A stretch of 64,000 bases of DNA from Planctomycetota bacterium (GCA_025055595.1 JANWWU010000042.1:1927-65926), one strand, 5' to 3'; positions 37,239 through 47,135 are shown, counted from the first letter of the stretch. Numbers and translations are program-made. Notes: a model not told the origin generated them from the letters alone.

Positions 37239-39457
37239 CAGCGCCGCACCCCCGTCCGTCCGCCCTGCGGCAGCCGCGGCCGCGGCTGCTCGGCCCGCTC
37301 GCTGGCGGCGCGCGCGCGCTCCGCCTCCTCGGCTCGGCGCTCGGCCTCGGCCTCGCGCACCTCCTCGGGCAGCACGACGGTGACGGCGTCGCGCAGGCGG
37401 CGGATGTCCTCGCCGATGCGCGCGCCCGTCGGGTCGATCAGATGGGCGGTGACGAAGATCAGCAGGTTGCGGCGATCCATGCCCTTGCTCGCATGGCTGA
37501 ACAGGCGGCCGAGGCCGGGGACGCGGCGCAGCCCGGGCACGCCGCCGTCGCGCTCGTTGACGACCTCGGTGGTCAGGCCGCCGAGCACGACGGTCTGCCC
37601 GTTCTTGATGTGCAGGGTCGTCGCCAGCGTGCGGGTGATGAACTCCGGCTGGCTGACGACGAGCTGCTCGCTGTCCGCGCCCGGGCTCGGCTGGTAGGCG
37701 ATCCGCGTCGTGTTGTAGTTGCCGCTGCGCTGGGTGACGGTCGGCCGGATATCGAGCGTGATCGTGTCGTCGTTGCGCGCCACCGAGGGCCGGATCCGCA
37801 GGGTGAAGCCCTCCTGCACGGTCTTCCACACCGGCCGCGGCACCGCCGTCTGCGAGGTGACGAGGTATCCGGACTGGTCGCGCGTGTTGCCGGTGGTGAT
37901 CGTCTGGAACTCGTAGTTCTCGATGAAGCTGACCGACTGCAGCAGCTGGATGACGCCGACCGCGTTGTTGACGGTGAGGATGCGCGGCTCGGCCAGGCTC
38001 TGCGCCTTGCCCTCGCTCTCCAGCATCTGCAGCGAGGCGAAGATCCCCGGGCGATCGCGGCCCTCGGGCGAGTACAGGACCTGGGCGAGCAGGCCGCCGA
38101 CGAGATTGCCGCCGGAGCTCGCGGTGACGCCGCTGATCGTCGCTGGCGAGGGCGAACCCGGGCCGGGGGTGAGGCCGACGGGTCCGAACACCGAGCCGTG
38201 CGGTCCGGTGATGCTGTAGCGCTCGCCGAGCGCCGCTCCGCCCCAGTCGATGCCGATGCGCCGCGCCGCGTCCTCGCTGATCTCGATGAAGCGGGCCTCG
38301 ATCAGGATCTGCGCGTTGTGGTAGTCGAGGGCGCGCAGCAGGCGCTTGAGCTCGGAGATCGCCCACGGCGTCGCGCGCACGTAGAGCGTGTTCGACTTGC
38401 GCTCGAGGTAGAGCCGGCCCTCGCTCGGCCAGCCGACGACGAGCTCGGGGACCTTCTCGAGAAAGCGCTCGAGGTCGCTTTGTCCCTGTCCGCCGGCGCC
38501 GCCGCTGGCGGCAGCGGCCGCCGCCGCGGCTTTGTTGTCGGCGGGAGCGCTCGGCACCGTGCCGCCGCCGGCCGGCGTGCTGCCGACCGGGGAGGGCAGC
38601 TGCGGCTCGCTGACGACATCGGTCAGGCCCGAGGACAGGCGGATGATCTCCGAGACCAGGACCGCGTCGTCGGCGGCGCCGATGAACACCGTGTTGGCGG
38701 AGTAGTTGTAGCGGATGTTGACGAGCTTGGCGATGGTCGACAGCGCGTTCTCCACCGTGTCGTCGACGAGGTGCAGGGTCAGCGTCTGCTCTGGCAGGGC
38801 CTCGTCGAGGATCACGTAGTTGATCCCGGCGATCGCGAACAGCGGTTTGAGCAGCTCGCCGACCTTGACGCCGTCGTAGCTCAGCGAGACCTTGGCCTGC
38901 AGCCGGGCGCGCACCGCCTGCCGCTCCGCTTCCTGCACATCCTCGTCGAAGACCCACACGGTGCGCGGCACGCTCGGCGGCGCCTGCGGCACCAGGCCGC
39001 GGCGCTGGGCGTCGGCCAGCGCCTCCTCGGCGCGGTAGGCGCGCTCGCGTTCCAGGGCCGCCCGCTCGCGCTCGAGCATCTGCTGCAGGATGCGGTACTT
39101 GAGGCGCAGCGTCGCCGGCTCGTGCGGGTGGTCGCGCAGGATCGCGTTGCAGCCGGCGACCGCCCGCGGGTAGTCGCCGGCGGCGAGGTGATACTCGACG
39201 ATCTCGAGGCGCAGCCGGACATCGCGCTCGGCGCGCGCCTTGGCCGCGGCGTAGTCGGCGTTGGCCGCCGCGGCCTCGGGCCCGGCGAGGCGCGCCTGCT
39301 CGTCGAGCAGGGCGCGGATCTCGGCCTCCAGGGCGCGGATGCGCGCGCCGTAGTCGTCGGCGGTCGGGGGCGTCGCCTCGGCGGCGCAGGCGAGCGCGCA
39401 GAGCAGCAGCAGCAGCCAGTGGAACGGCACGCGGCACCTCGGGGTTGCGGAGAGCAT
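37238..39457 (-). CDS. Secretin (GspD/PilQ family) with a TPR-like N-terminal region
   Basis: The signal peptide is MLSATPRCRVPFHWLLLLLCALACAAEA. An N-domain segment (LYVRATPWAISELKRLLRALDYHNAQILIEARFIEIS) and the C-terminal secretin motif GVPGLRRVPGLGRLFSH...NLLIFVTAHLI are present. Confidence 0.9.
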   Translation of the reverse strand: MLSATPRCRVPFHWLLLLLCALACAAEATPPTADDYGARIRALEAEIRALLDEQARLAGPEAAAANADYAAAKARAERDVRLRLEIVEYHLAAGDYPRAVAGCNAILRDHPHEPATLRLKYRILQQMLERERAALERERAYRAEEALADAQRRGLVPQAPPSVPRTVWVFDEDVQEAERQAVRARLQAKVSLSYDGVKVGELLKPLFAIAGINYVILDEALPEQTLTLHLVDDTVENALSTIAKLVNIRYNYSANTVFIGAADDAVLVSEIIRLSSGLTDVVSEPQLPSPVGSTPAGGGTVPSAPADNKAAAAAAAASGGAGGQGQSDLERFLEKVPELVVGWPSEGRLYLERKSNTLYVRATPWAISELKRLLRALDYHNAQILIEARFIEISEDAARRIGIDWGGAALGERYSITGPHGSVFGPVGLTPGPGSPSPATISGVTASSGGNLVGGLLAQVLYSPEGRDRPGIFASLQMLESEGKAQSLAEPRILTVNNAVGVIQLLQSVSFIENYEFQTITTGNTRDQSGYLVTSQTAVPRPVWKTVQEGFTLRIRPSVARNDDTITLDIRPTVTQRSGNYNTTRIAYQPSPGADSEQLVVSQPEFITRTLATTLHIKNGQTVVLGGLTTEVVNERDGGVPGLRRVPGLGRLFSHASKGMDRRNLLIFVTAHLIDPTGARIGEDIRRLRDAVTVVLPEEVREAEAERRAEEAERARAASERAEQPRPRLPQGGRTGVRR

Positions 39458-39524
39458 GCGGGGTACAGGCTTGATACGCTGGCAGCGGGGGCACCGTTGA
39501 CAACCCTCCGCGCCGACCGCCCGT

Positions 39525-40592
39525 ATGCGCGCCACGCCCCTCGCCGATCGCCACCGCGCCGCCGGCGCCCGCTTCACGGAGTTCGCGGGCTGGCAGCTGC
39601 CGCTGCAGTTCGCCGGGATCGTCGCCGAGCACGGCGCGGTGCGCGAGCGCTGCGGCGTCTTCGATGTCTCGCACATGGGCCGCCTGCGCCTCGTCGGCCC
39701 GCGAGCCGCCGAGCTGCTCGCGCGCTGGCTGTCGCGGCGGGTGCGCGATCAGGCCCCGGGCCGCGTGCGCTACGCGCTGGCGCTGGCCGAGGACGGGACG
39801 ATCCTCGACGACCTGCTCGCCGCGCGTCTCGGCGACTACGAGTTCCTGCTCGTCGTCAATGCCGTCAACCGCGAGGCGCTGCTGGCGCGCTGGCAGCCGC
39901 AGACCGCGCCGGCGAGCGCGGTCCTCGGCGACGAGACGCTGGCGACGGCGATGCTGGCGGTGCAGGGCCCGCGGGCGGCGGCGGTGCTCGCCGCCATCGG
40001 CATCGCGCTTTCCGCCCTGCCGCGCTTCGGCTGCCGCCTGCTGCGCTGGCAGGGCGGGGAGCTGCTGGTCAGCCGCACCGGCTACACCGGCGAGGACGGC
40101 GCGGAGCTGATCTGCGCGGCGGAGGCAGCGGGCGCGCTGTGGGACGCGCTGCTCGCCGCCGGCGCCCAGCCCTGCGGGCTGGGAGCGCGCGATACGCTGC
40201 GCCTCGAGGCCGGCCTGCCGCTCTACGGCCACGAGCTGTCGCGCGCGGTCTATCCCGGCGAAGTCGGGCTCGACTGGGCGGTGGACGGCGACGACGAGGC
40301 CTGCGGGGTGGCGGCGGCGCGGGCGGCGGGGCGCGCCGGCCTGCACCGCCGCCTGGTCGGGCTGATCGCCCGCTCGCGTCGCGTGCCGCGTCCGGGCTAC
40401 GCCGTGCTGCGCGGTGAGCGGCGGATCGGCGCGATCAGCTCCGGCAGCTTCTCGCCGACCCTCGGCCAGGCGATCGCGATGGCCTTGATCGATGCCGACT
40501 GCGCGACGCCCGGCAGCGAGGTCAGCATCGACATCCGCGGCGAGCCGGAGCCCGCCGAGCTCGTGGCGCTGCCGTTCTACCGCCGCAGCTAG
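39525..40592 (+). CDS. gcvT: Glycine cleavage system aminomethyltransferase T
   Basis: The start MRATPLADRHRAAGARFTEFAGWQLPLQF leads to GVFDVSHMGRLRL and SRTGYTGEDGAEL. Confidence 0.95.
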   Translation: MRATPLADRHRAAGARFTEFAGWQLPLQFAGIVAEHGAVRERCGVFDVSHMGRLRLVGPRAAELLARWLSRRVRDQAPGRVRYALALAEDGTILDDLLAARLGDYEFLLVVNAVNREALLARWQPQTAPASAVLGDETLATAMLAVQGPRAAAVLAAIGIALSALPRFGCRLLRWQGGELLVSRTGYTGEDGAELICAAEAAGALWDALLAAGAQPCGLGARDTLRLEAGLPLYGHELSRAVYPGEVGLDWAVDGDDEACGVAAARAAGRAGLHRRLVGLIARSRRVPRPGYAVLRGERRIGAISSGSFSPTLGQAIAMALIDADCATPGSEVSIDIRGEPEPAELVALPFYRRS

Positions 40593-40641
40593 CGGCGGCG
40601 CTCGCCGCTTGGGTGCGCGCCGTCGTGCCGATACTCAGCGC

Positions 40642-42039
40642 ATGCCGCTGCTCGAGCTCGGCCACGACTGGCAGCGCGCGCGCGCCCTGCAGCGCGGCGG
40701 CGACCACACGCCGCCGCTGGTCGCGGCCGGCCTCGATGTCGAGCTGGCGACGGTCGGCGGGGTGCGCCAGCGCGTCCTGCGCCTCGGCGGCATGGCGATC
40801 ATCTTCGGGGCCTTCCCGGCGTCGTTCGCCGATTTTCTGCATTTCGCGCGCGCCCGCCTCTTCCTGCCGAGCGAGCGCACGCGCAACCTCGACAGCGTCC
40901 TCGGCACGCGGATCCTCGCGCTGTGGGCCTGGCTCCCCGGAGTCCAGGCCGACTGCTACCTCGAATACGATCGCGCGACCGATCGCGTCGAGGTCTGGCT
41001 GCTGCGCCGCCAGGAAGCGCAGCCGATCGATGTCCGTCACCCGCCGGCGGGGATCGATGCCTGGTTCCTCGAGGGGCTGGTGCTCTCCGGGCCGGCGTCG
41101 TGGGGCGGGGCCGCCGGCCTCGAGCGGCTGTGCCAGCGCTACGGCGAGAGCCCCCTGCTGATCGCGGCGCTGCTGGCCGAGCACCTCGATCGGCGCGGCA
41201 AGGATCTCGCCGCCGCCGTCGACATCGCGCGCCGCGCCTGGCCCCAGCTCGATGAGCGCGACGAGCACGCCTGGATCGCCGCCGGCGAGCGCTGCCATCC
41301 CTGGGCGGCGGTGCAGCTCGGGCGGCTGGCCCTGCGCTGCGGCCAGCTGCGCGCCGCGCGCGTCCTGCTCGAGCGCACGCCGCACAGCGGGGTCCCGCTC
41401 GTCGCCTGGTTCGACCTCGGCCAGGCCTGCGAAGCCCTCGGCGATGTCATCGCCGCGGCGCGCGCCTTCCAGCGCTACACCGAGCGCCAGGGCAGCGATC
41501 CCGATGGCTGGCGCCGCCTGCTGCTGTGCCAGCTGCGGCTGGCCGACTACGATCACGCGGAGCAGGCCTTGCGCCGCTGGCGCGAGGCCGATGGCGACGA
41601 GCGCGCGTTCGCGCAGCGCTTCGTCGGCCAGGTGATGACCGCCGCGCTGCGCCTCGATGAGCGGACGCGGCTGGCGAGCTGGCTCGGCGCGCGCCTGACG
41701 CGCGGCCTGTCGGCGGTGCTGCCGCTGCCGGAGCTGGCGCCGCCGCCGCCGGGGGCGAGCGCCGCCGCCTGGCGCGCCCTGCAGGAGGCCGTCCAGGCCC
41801 TGCCCGCCGAGCTCGAGGCGGCGGCCCAGCGCGTCGTCCTGCTGGCGCTGCCGCTGCTGGCGCCCCTGCATCCCGAGGAGCGCGGGGCCGATGCCGCCGC
41901 GCTCGCGCGCAGCGCGGCGCTCGCCTTGTCGCTGTGGGGCCGCTTCGCCGGGCAGCCCGATCCCTGCCCGCAGGGCCCGCCGCCCTGGCTGCTCGCGCTC
42001 GCCGCGCGCCTGCGCGGCGATGCGCAGACTGCGGGCTGA
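40642..42039 (+). CDS. Hypothetical protein (helical-repeat/TPR-like C-terminal half)
   Basis: The plus frame has protein-like composition (W, F, Y, D and E are spread through it). The antisense ORF is Arg/Gly/Ala junk. I recognise no family motif. Confidence 0.6.
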   Translation: MPLLELGHDWQRARALQRGGDHTPPLVAAGLDVELATVGGVRQRVLRLGGMAIIFGAFPASFADFLHFARARLFLPSERTRNLDSVLGTRILALWAWLPGVQADCYLEYDRATDRVEVWLLRRQEAQPIDVRHPPAGIDAWFLEGLVLSGPASWGGAAGLERLCQRYGESPLLIAALLAEHLDRRGKDLAAAVDIARRAWPQLDERDEHAWIAAGERCHPWAAVQLGRLALRCGQLRAARVLLERTPHSGVPLVAWFDLGQACEALGDVIAAARAFQRYTERQGSDPDGWRRLLLCQLRLADYDHAEQALRRWREADGDERAFAQRFVGQVMTAALRLDERTRLASWLGARLTRGLSAVLPLPELAPPPPGASAAAWRALQEAVQALPAELEAAAQRVVLLALPLLAPLHPEERGADAAALARSAALALSLWGRFAGQPDPCPQGPPPWLLALAARLRGDAQTAG

Positions 42040-42080
42040 GGGGCTGGCGGCGACGCGCGGCGGCCGCATGCTCGCGCGCC

Positions 42081-44801
42081 ATGCCGCACGATGACGATGC
42101 CGCCACCGAGTCGCGCTTGCACCTGCCAGCGCTGGGCGCGGTGGCGCAGGAGATCGCGGCGACGGTGGCCATGCCCCGGCCCGAGGCGATCCAGGCCCTG
42201 CGCGCGATCCGCGCGCGCGAGTACGAGGCCCTGCATCGCCAGCTCGTCGCCCATATCAACGAGACCACCGGCCACGACATCGTCCTCGCCCTGACCTCGC
42301 TGACCGATGCGATCGTCTGCGCAGTCGTCGAGCGCGCGCTGCGCCGCAGCGGGGCGCCCGCGGACTGGACGGAGCGGGCCGGCCTCTTCGCCCTCGGCGG
42401 CTACGGGCGCGGCGAGATGCACCCGCACAGCGATCTCGATGTGCTGATGCTCGTCCTCGAGCCGGCGCCGGAGTGGGCGCGGCCGCTGTGGGAGGAGATC
42501 CACACCCTGCTGTGGGACCTGCGCTACCAGGTCGGCGGCGCCCTCCGCACCGAGGGCGACCTGCAGCGCATCGTCCTCGACGACTTCGTCACCGCGACGG
42601 CGCTGATCGAGGCCCGGCCGCTCATTGCCGGCGACGCCCCGGTCGAGGCGCTGGCGGCGGTGCTGCGCCGGCTGCGCGAGCGGCGCGCCGAGGCCTTCCT
42701 CGCCCACAAGCTGCACGAGCTCGCCGAGCGGCGGCAGGCGGCCGGCGCCTCGCTGTTCGTCATGGAGCCGAACCTGAAGAACAGCCCGGGCTGCCAGCGC
42801 GATGTCCAGCTCTTGTCGACCATCGCCTTCCTCTGGTGCGGGCGGCGCAGCCTGTTCGCGCTCGAGGATCTCGGCGGCATCGCCCGCGCCGATCTGACGC
42901 AGGTGCTCGCCGCCCACGACCACCTGCTCGAGCAGCGCGCGCTGCTGCACTTCCGGCACCAGCGGAAGCAGGATGTCTTGCAGCTGGCCGACCAGGTCGA
43001 GGCGGCGCGCCTGCTCGGCTACAGCGATGTCTCGCGTCTGCGCGCCGTCGAACACTTCATGCGCTGGCACTACGGCCAGGTACGGCATGTGCATCAGACG
43101 CTGGAGCTCGCTGCGGCGCGCTATCAGGCGCGGCAGCGGCGAGGGCCCTCGCTGCTCGCCACGCGCCGCACGCTGCTGCCGCATTTCATGCTGATCGCCG
43201 GCAAGGTCTACGCCACCGACGATGATCTCTGGCAGCTGCCGCAGCTCGGCGCGCGCCTGCTCGAGATGTGCCGCGAGGCGCAGCGCGCCGGCGCCCGGCT
43301 CTCGGTCGAGCTGATCCGCGCCATCCGCCAGCGCGTGGCGCTGATCGACGACGCGGCACGCGCCGACCGCCGCGCCGCCGCCGCCTTCCTCTCGATCCTC
43401 GGCGACCACGGGCGGATGAAGCCGATCCTCAGCGACATGCATGCCGCCGGCCTGCTCGGGGCTTGGTTCCCGGAGTTCGGGCTCGTCGACTGCCTGATGC
43501 AGTTCAACGCCTGGCACCAGTACACGGTCGACGAGCACACGCTGATCGCGCTCGGCAACCTCGACGACCTGGCGGCCGGCAAGGCCGAGGGCCTGCCCGG
43601 AATGCGCCGCGTCTACGCGCAGCTGCCGCGCAAAGACCTGCTGGCGCTCGCCCTGCTCATGCATGACCTCGGCAAGTATGCCGGGCACGGCCATGTCGCG
43701 CGCGGGGCGATGATGGTCGGGCCGGTCGCGCGCCGCCTCGGCCTGCCGCGCGCCGACGAGGACCTCGTGCACTTCCTCGTCGCCCAGCATGTCGCGCTGT
43801 CCGACGCCAGCCGCATGCGCGACATCCGCGAGCCGAGCTTCCTCGAGGCCTTCGCCGCGCGCATCGGCACGCGCGAGCGCCTCGACTACCTCTACTGCCT
43901 GACCTGGGCCGACGCCAAGGCCGTCGGCGAGGGCGTGCTGACCGGCTGGCAGGAGGAGCTGCTCGGCGAGCTCTACCGCGCGCTGGCCGAGCGCCTGGCC
44001 GGAGCCTCGACCGTGCCCGACGACGAGCCGCTGCGCAGCGCGCTGGTCGGAATGGGCGTCGAGGATGTCGATGCCGCGGCCTTCCTCGCCGATCTCGGGT
44101 CCTCGTACATCCACCAGGCGGCGCCCGATGAGGTCCGGCGGCACTGGCGCGTGCATGCCGAATGCCAGCGCTCCGGCATCGGGATGGAGCACGAGCTGCT
44201 CGCCGAGGGCCCGCAGATCGAGCTCTACCTCGCGCTGCCCGATCGCCACGCGCTGTTCGCCGATGTCGCCGCCGTGCTCTCCGGCCACGGCTTCGACATC
44301 CTCGGCGTGCGCACCTGGATCACCCGGCTCGGCATCGTGCTGTACACGATGCGGCTGACCAGCATCTACCCCGCGCGCCTGCAGGAGCCGGAGACCTGGC
44401 GCCGCCTGCGCGAGGACCTGGCGGCGACCGCCGCCGGCCGGCTCGATCCGCGGCCGCTGCTCGAGCGCCGCCGCCAGGCGATCCGCCTCGATCGCCCGCC
44501 CGACAGCGGCTTCGACGACCACGCGGTGAAGATCGACAACCGCACCTCGCCGCGGCACACGATCGTCGATGTCATCACCCGCGACGAGGTCGGCCTGCTC
44601 AGCCGCCTCTGCCGCGCGATCTCCGAGGCCGGCTGCGATATCGGCTATGCGAGCATCAACACGCTCGGCGATGTCGCGGTCGATGTCTTCTATGTCACCG
44701 CCCAGCAGGCCAAGCTCGACGCCGAACGCGCCGAGCAGCTGCGCGCGGCGCTCATCGCGGCGCTGGGCCTGCCGGCGCCGCGGGCTGCTCCGCTGCCCTG
44801 A
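42081..44801 (+). CDS. glnD: [Protein-PII] uridylyltransferase/uridylyl-removing enzyme
   Basis: It has the nucleotidyltransferase motif GGYGRGEMHPHSDLDVLML, an HD domain (LLMHDLGK) and two C-terminal ACT-like repeats (ELYLALPDRHALFADV, IVDVITRDEVGLLSRL). Confidence 0.92.
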   Translation: MPHDDDAATESRLHLPALGAVAQEIAATVAMPRPEAIQALRAIRAREYEALHRQLVAHINETTGHDIVLALTSLTDAIVCAVVERALRRSGAPADWTERAGLFALGGYGRGEMHPHSDLDVLMLVLEPAPEWARPLWEEIHTLLWDLRYQVGGALRTEGDLQRIVLDDFVTATALIEARPLIAGDAPVEALAAVLRRLRERRAEAFLAHKLHELAERRQAAGASLFVMEPNLKNSPGCQRDVQLLSTIAFLWCGRRSLFALEDLGGIARADLTQVLAAHDHLLEQRALLHFRHQRKQDVLQLADQVEAARLLGYSDVSRLRAVEHFMRWHYGQVRHVHQTLELAAARYQARQRRGPSLLATRRTLLPHFMLIAGKVYATDDDLWQLPQLGARLLEMCREAQRAGARLSVELIRAIRQRVALIDDAARADRRAAAAFLSILGDHGRMKPILSDMHAAGLLGAWFPEFGLVDCLMQFNAWHQYTVDEHTLIALGNLDDLAAGKAEGLPGMRRVYAQLPRKDLLALALLMHDLGKYAGHGHVARGAMMVGPVARRLGLPRADEDLVHFLVAQHVALSDASRMRDIREPSFLEAFAARIGTRERLDYLYCLTWADAKAVGEGVLTGWQEELLGELYRALAERLAGASTVPDDEPLRSALVGMGVEDVDAAAFLADLGSSYIHQAAPDEVRRHWRVHAECQRSGIGMEHELLAEGPQIELYLALPDRHALFADVAAVLSGHGFDILGVRTWITRLGIVLYTMRLTSIYPARLQEPETWRRLREDLAATAAGRLDPRPLLERRRQAIRLDRPPDSGFDDHAVKIDNRTSPRHTIVDVITRDEVGLLSRLCRAISEAGCDIGYASINTLGDVAVDVFYVTAQQAKLDAERAEQLRAALIAALGLPAPRAAPLP

Positions 44802-45648
44802 GCGGCGCGTAGGCCGCTGGCTGCGGCGGCCGGCGCCAGGCGCGCCAGATCAGCCAGAGGCCGATGGCGAACAGCGGCAGCGTCAGCGCCTGGCCCTTGC
44901 TCATGAAGCCGAGCAACGGCGGGATGTCGCCGAATCCGGGCTGGCCGCGGTCGGGCTCGCGGAAGAACTCGCCGATGAAGCGCCCGAGCCCGTAGAGGAC
45001 GGCGAAGCCGCCGAGCGTCAGGCCGGGGCGACGGTGCCGGGCATGCAGCGGCAGCAGGATGGCGGCGATCAGCAGGCCCTCGAGGACGGCGGCGTAGAGC
45101 TGGCTCGGATGGCGCGGGACGGGGGGATCGGCGTGCGGGAAGATCACCGCCCAGGGTCCGTCCCAGGGCCGGCCCCACAGCTCGCCGTTGATGAAGTTGG
45201 CGATCCGCCCGCAGGCGATGCCGAGGGGGCCGACCGCGGCCAGGGCGTCGCCGAGGACGAGCGGGTGCTGCCGGCGCCGCCACGACCACCACCAGGCGGC
45301 GAGCGCGATGCCGATCATGCCGCCGTGGCTGGCCATCCCGCCCTCGTGCAGCGCCAGCAGCTTCCACCACGGGAAGCCGTCGCTCCACGTGACGAACAGC
45401 GCAGGCTCGTAGAAGGCGGCGTAGCCGAGGCGGCCGCCGGCGATCATGCCGAGCGCGACGGTCATCGCGAAGTCGCCGACCTCGGCGCTGGCCATCGGCA
45501 GGCGGCCCTGGCGCGCCCAACGGCGCAGCAGCCACCAGCCGAGGACGATGCCGACGAGGTAGCTGACGCCGTACCAGCGGATCCCGAAGTCGCCGCTGAT
45601 GCGCCAGACGAAGGGATCGAGGTCGTGGACCCAGTGCCCGCCAGCCAT
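44752..45648 (-). CDS. lgt: Prolipoprotein diacylglyceryl transferase
   Basis: FGIRWYGVSYLVGIVLGWWL and the Lgt signature context GRIANFINGELWGRP are present. The 3-prime tail overlaps the glnD 3-prime end by 50 nt. Confidence 0.9.
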   Translation of the reverse strand: MAGGHWVHDLDPFVWRISGDFGIRWYGVSYLVGIVLGWWLLRRWARQGRLPMASAEVGDFAMTVALGMIAGGRLGYAAFYEPALFVTWSDGFPWWKLLALHEGGMASHGGMIGIALAAWWWSWRRRQHPLVLGDALAAVGPLGIACGRIANFINGELWGRPWDGPWAVIFPHADPPVPRHPSQLYAAVLEGLLIAAILLPLHARHRRPGLTLGGFAVLYGLGRFIGEFFREPDRGQPGFGDIPPLLGFMSKGQALTLPLFAIGLWLIWRAWRRPPQPAAYAPLRAAEQPAAPAGPAPR

Positions 45649-45691
45649 GGCGGCAGCCTGCGGGCGCGCGGCGGCGCGCCAGCGCGCCGCG

Positions 45692-47083
45692 CTACTGGTG
45701 GACGCAGTGGCCGAGGGCGTCGGCCGCGGCCTCCATCACCGCCTCGGCGAGCGTCGGATGGGCGTGCACGGTCTCGGCGAGCTCGCGCGCCGTGCACTCG
45801 AGGCGCAGCGCCAGGCACAGCTCGCCGAGCATCTCCGTCGCGTCGACGCCGACGATGTGGGCGCCGAGCAGCTGCTCGTGCTCGGCGTCGAAGATCAGCT
45901 TGACCATGCCCTCGGGGTGGCCGATCGCCTTGGCCTTGCCGGAGGCGACGAACTGGAAGCGGCCGACCTTCAGCTCGCGGCCCTCGGCGCGCGCCTTCTT
46001 CTCGGTCAGGCCGATCGAGGCGACCTGCGGCTGGCAGTAGGTGCAGCCGGGGATCTGGCGGTAGTCGACCGGCGCCGGCCGGCCGCAGATGTGGCCGACC
46101 GCGGCCTCGCCCTCGAAGCTCGCCTTGTGCGCGAGCAGCTGCTTGCCCGCGACATCGCCGATCGCGTAGATGCCGGGGACGCTGGTCCGCTGATGCTCGT
46201 CGACGGCGATGAAGCCGCGCTCGTCGAGCTTGACGCCGACGGCGTCGAGGTTGAGGCCCTCGGTGTTGGCGAGGAAGCCGACGGCGACCAGCACGCGCTC
46301 GACCTCGATCTGCTCGCGCTGCCCGCCCTTCTCGAGGTGCACGCGGACGCCGTCGGCGATGTCCTCGAGGCGGGTGACGGTGGTCCCGGTGCGCACCTGG
46401 ATCCCGCTTTTGGCGAACTGGCGCTCGACGAAGCGCGCGATCTCGGCGTCCTCGTTGGGCAGCACCTGGTCCATCACCTCGACGATCGTGACGCGGGTGC
46501 CCATCGCATGAAAGAAGTAGCCGAACTCCATGCCGATCGCGCCGGCGCCGATGCACAGCAGCGACGCCGGCTGGCGCTCGAGGGCGAGCGCGTGGCGGTA
46601 GTTGAGCACCTTGACGCCGTCGACCGGCAGGTGCGGGAAGCTGCGCGGCTTGTGGCCGGTGGCGATGATGATGTGGCTGGCGGTGACGCGGCGCGCCGCG
46701 CCGTCGCGCGCGGTGACGAGGACGCTGTCGCGGCCGGCGAGCGAGGCGCTGCCGGCGAGCACCTCGACCTTGTTCTTGCGCATCAGGAACTCGATGCCCT
46801 TGGACATGCTCTGCGCGACCTCGCGGCTGCGCCGCATCACGGCCGCGAAGTCCGGGCGCACGGCCTCGGCGACGATGCCGAAGTCGCGGGCGTGGCGCAT
46901 GCTGTCGAGCAGCTCGGCGCTCTTCAGCAGGGCCTTGGTCGGGATGCAGCCCCAGTTGAGGCAGATGCCGCCGAGCTGCTCGCGCTCGACGAGCGCGGTC
47001 TTCTTGCCGTGCTGGGCGGCCTTGATCGCGGCGACATAGCCGCCGGGGCCGGCGCCGATGACGAGGACATCGTAGTCGGGCAT
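45692..47083 (-). CDS. lpdA: Dihydrolipoyl dehydrogenase
   Basis: The start MPDYDVLVIGAGPGGYVAAIKAA leads to the redox-active GGICLNWGCIPTKALL and the C-terminal HAHPTLAEA. Confidence 0.95.
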   Translation of the reverse strand: MPDYDVLVIGAGPGGYVAAIKAAQHGKKTALVEREQLGGICLNWGCIPTKALLKSAELLDSMRHARDFGIVAEAVRPDFAAVMRRSREVAQSMSKGIEFLMRKNKVEVLAGSASLAGRDSVLVTARDGAARRVTASHIIIATGHKPRSFPHLPVDGVKVLNYRHALALERQPASLLCIGAGAIGMEFGYFFHAMGTRVTIVEVMDQVLPNEDAEIARFVERQFAKSGIQVRTGTTVTRLEDIADGVRVHLEKGGQREQIEVERVLVAVGFLANTEGLNLDAVGVKLDERGFIAVDEHQRTSVPGIYAIGDVAGKQLLAHKASFEGEAAVGHICGRPAPVDYRQIPGCTYCQPQVASIGLTEKKARAEGRELKVGRFQFVASGKAKAIGHPEGMVKLIFDAEHEQLLGAHIVGVDATEMLGELCLALRLECTARELAETVHAHPTLAEAVMEAAADALGHCVHQ

Positions 47084-47135
47084 GGGGTCGTGGTTCTGGA
47101 TCGCAGGTTCGGATCGTCGAGCGGGCCGGGATGGC

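Noticed and set aside
35475-40346. A 1623-aa minus-strand ORF suggesting a giant protein.
   Set aside because: It is a read-through artefact. Only the C-terminal 587 codons (the PilM-PilN fusion from ATG 37238) are real. Further upstream, the frame runs out of frame across the secretin gene and antisense to gcvT.
44752-44801. A 50-nt convergent coding overlap between the 3-prime ends of glnD and lgt.
   Set aside because: Both overlapping tails are low-complexity Ala/Pro-rich extensions beyond the conserved domains. The most likely explanation is late stop codons in GC-rich DNA rather than a functional overlap.
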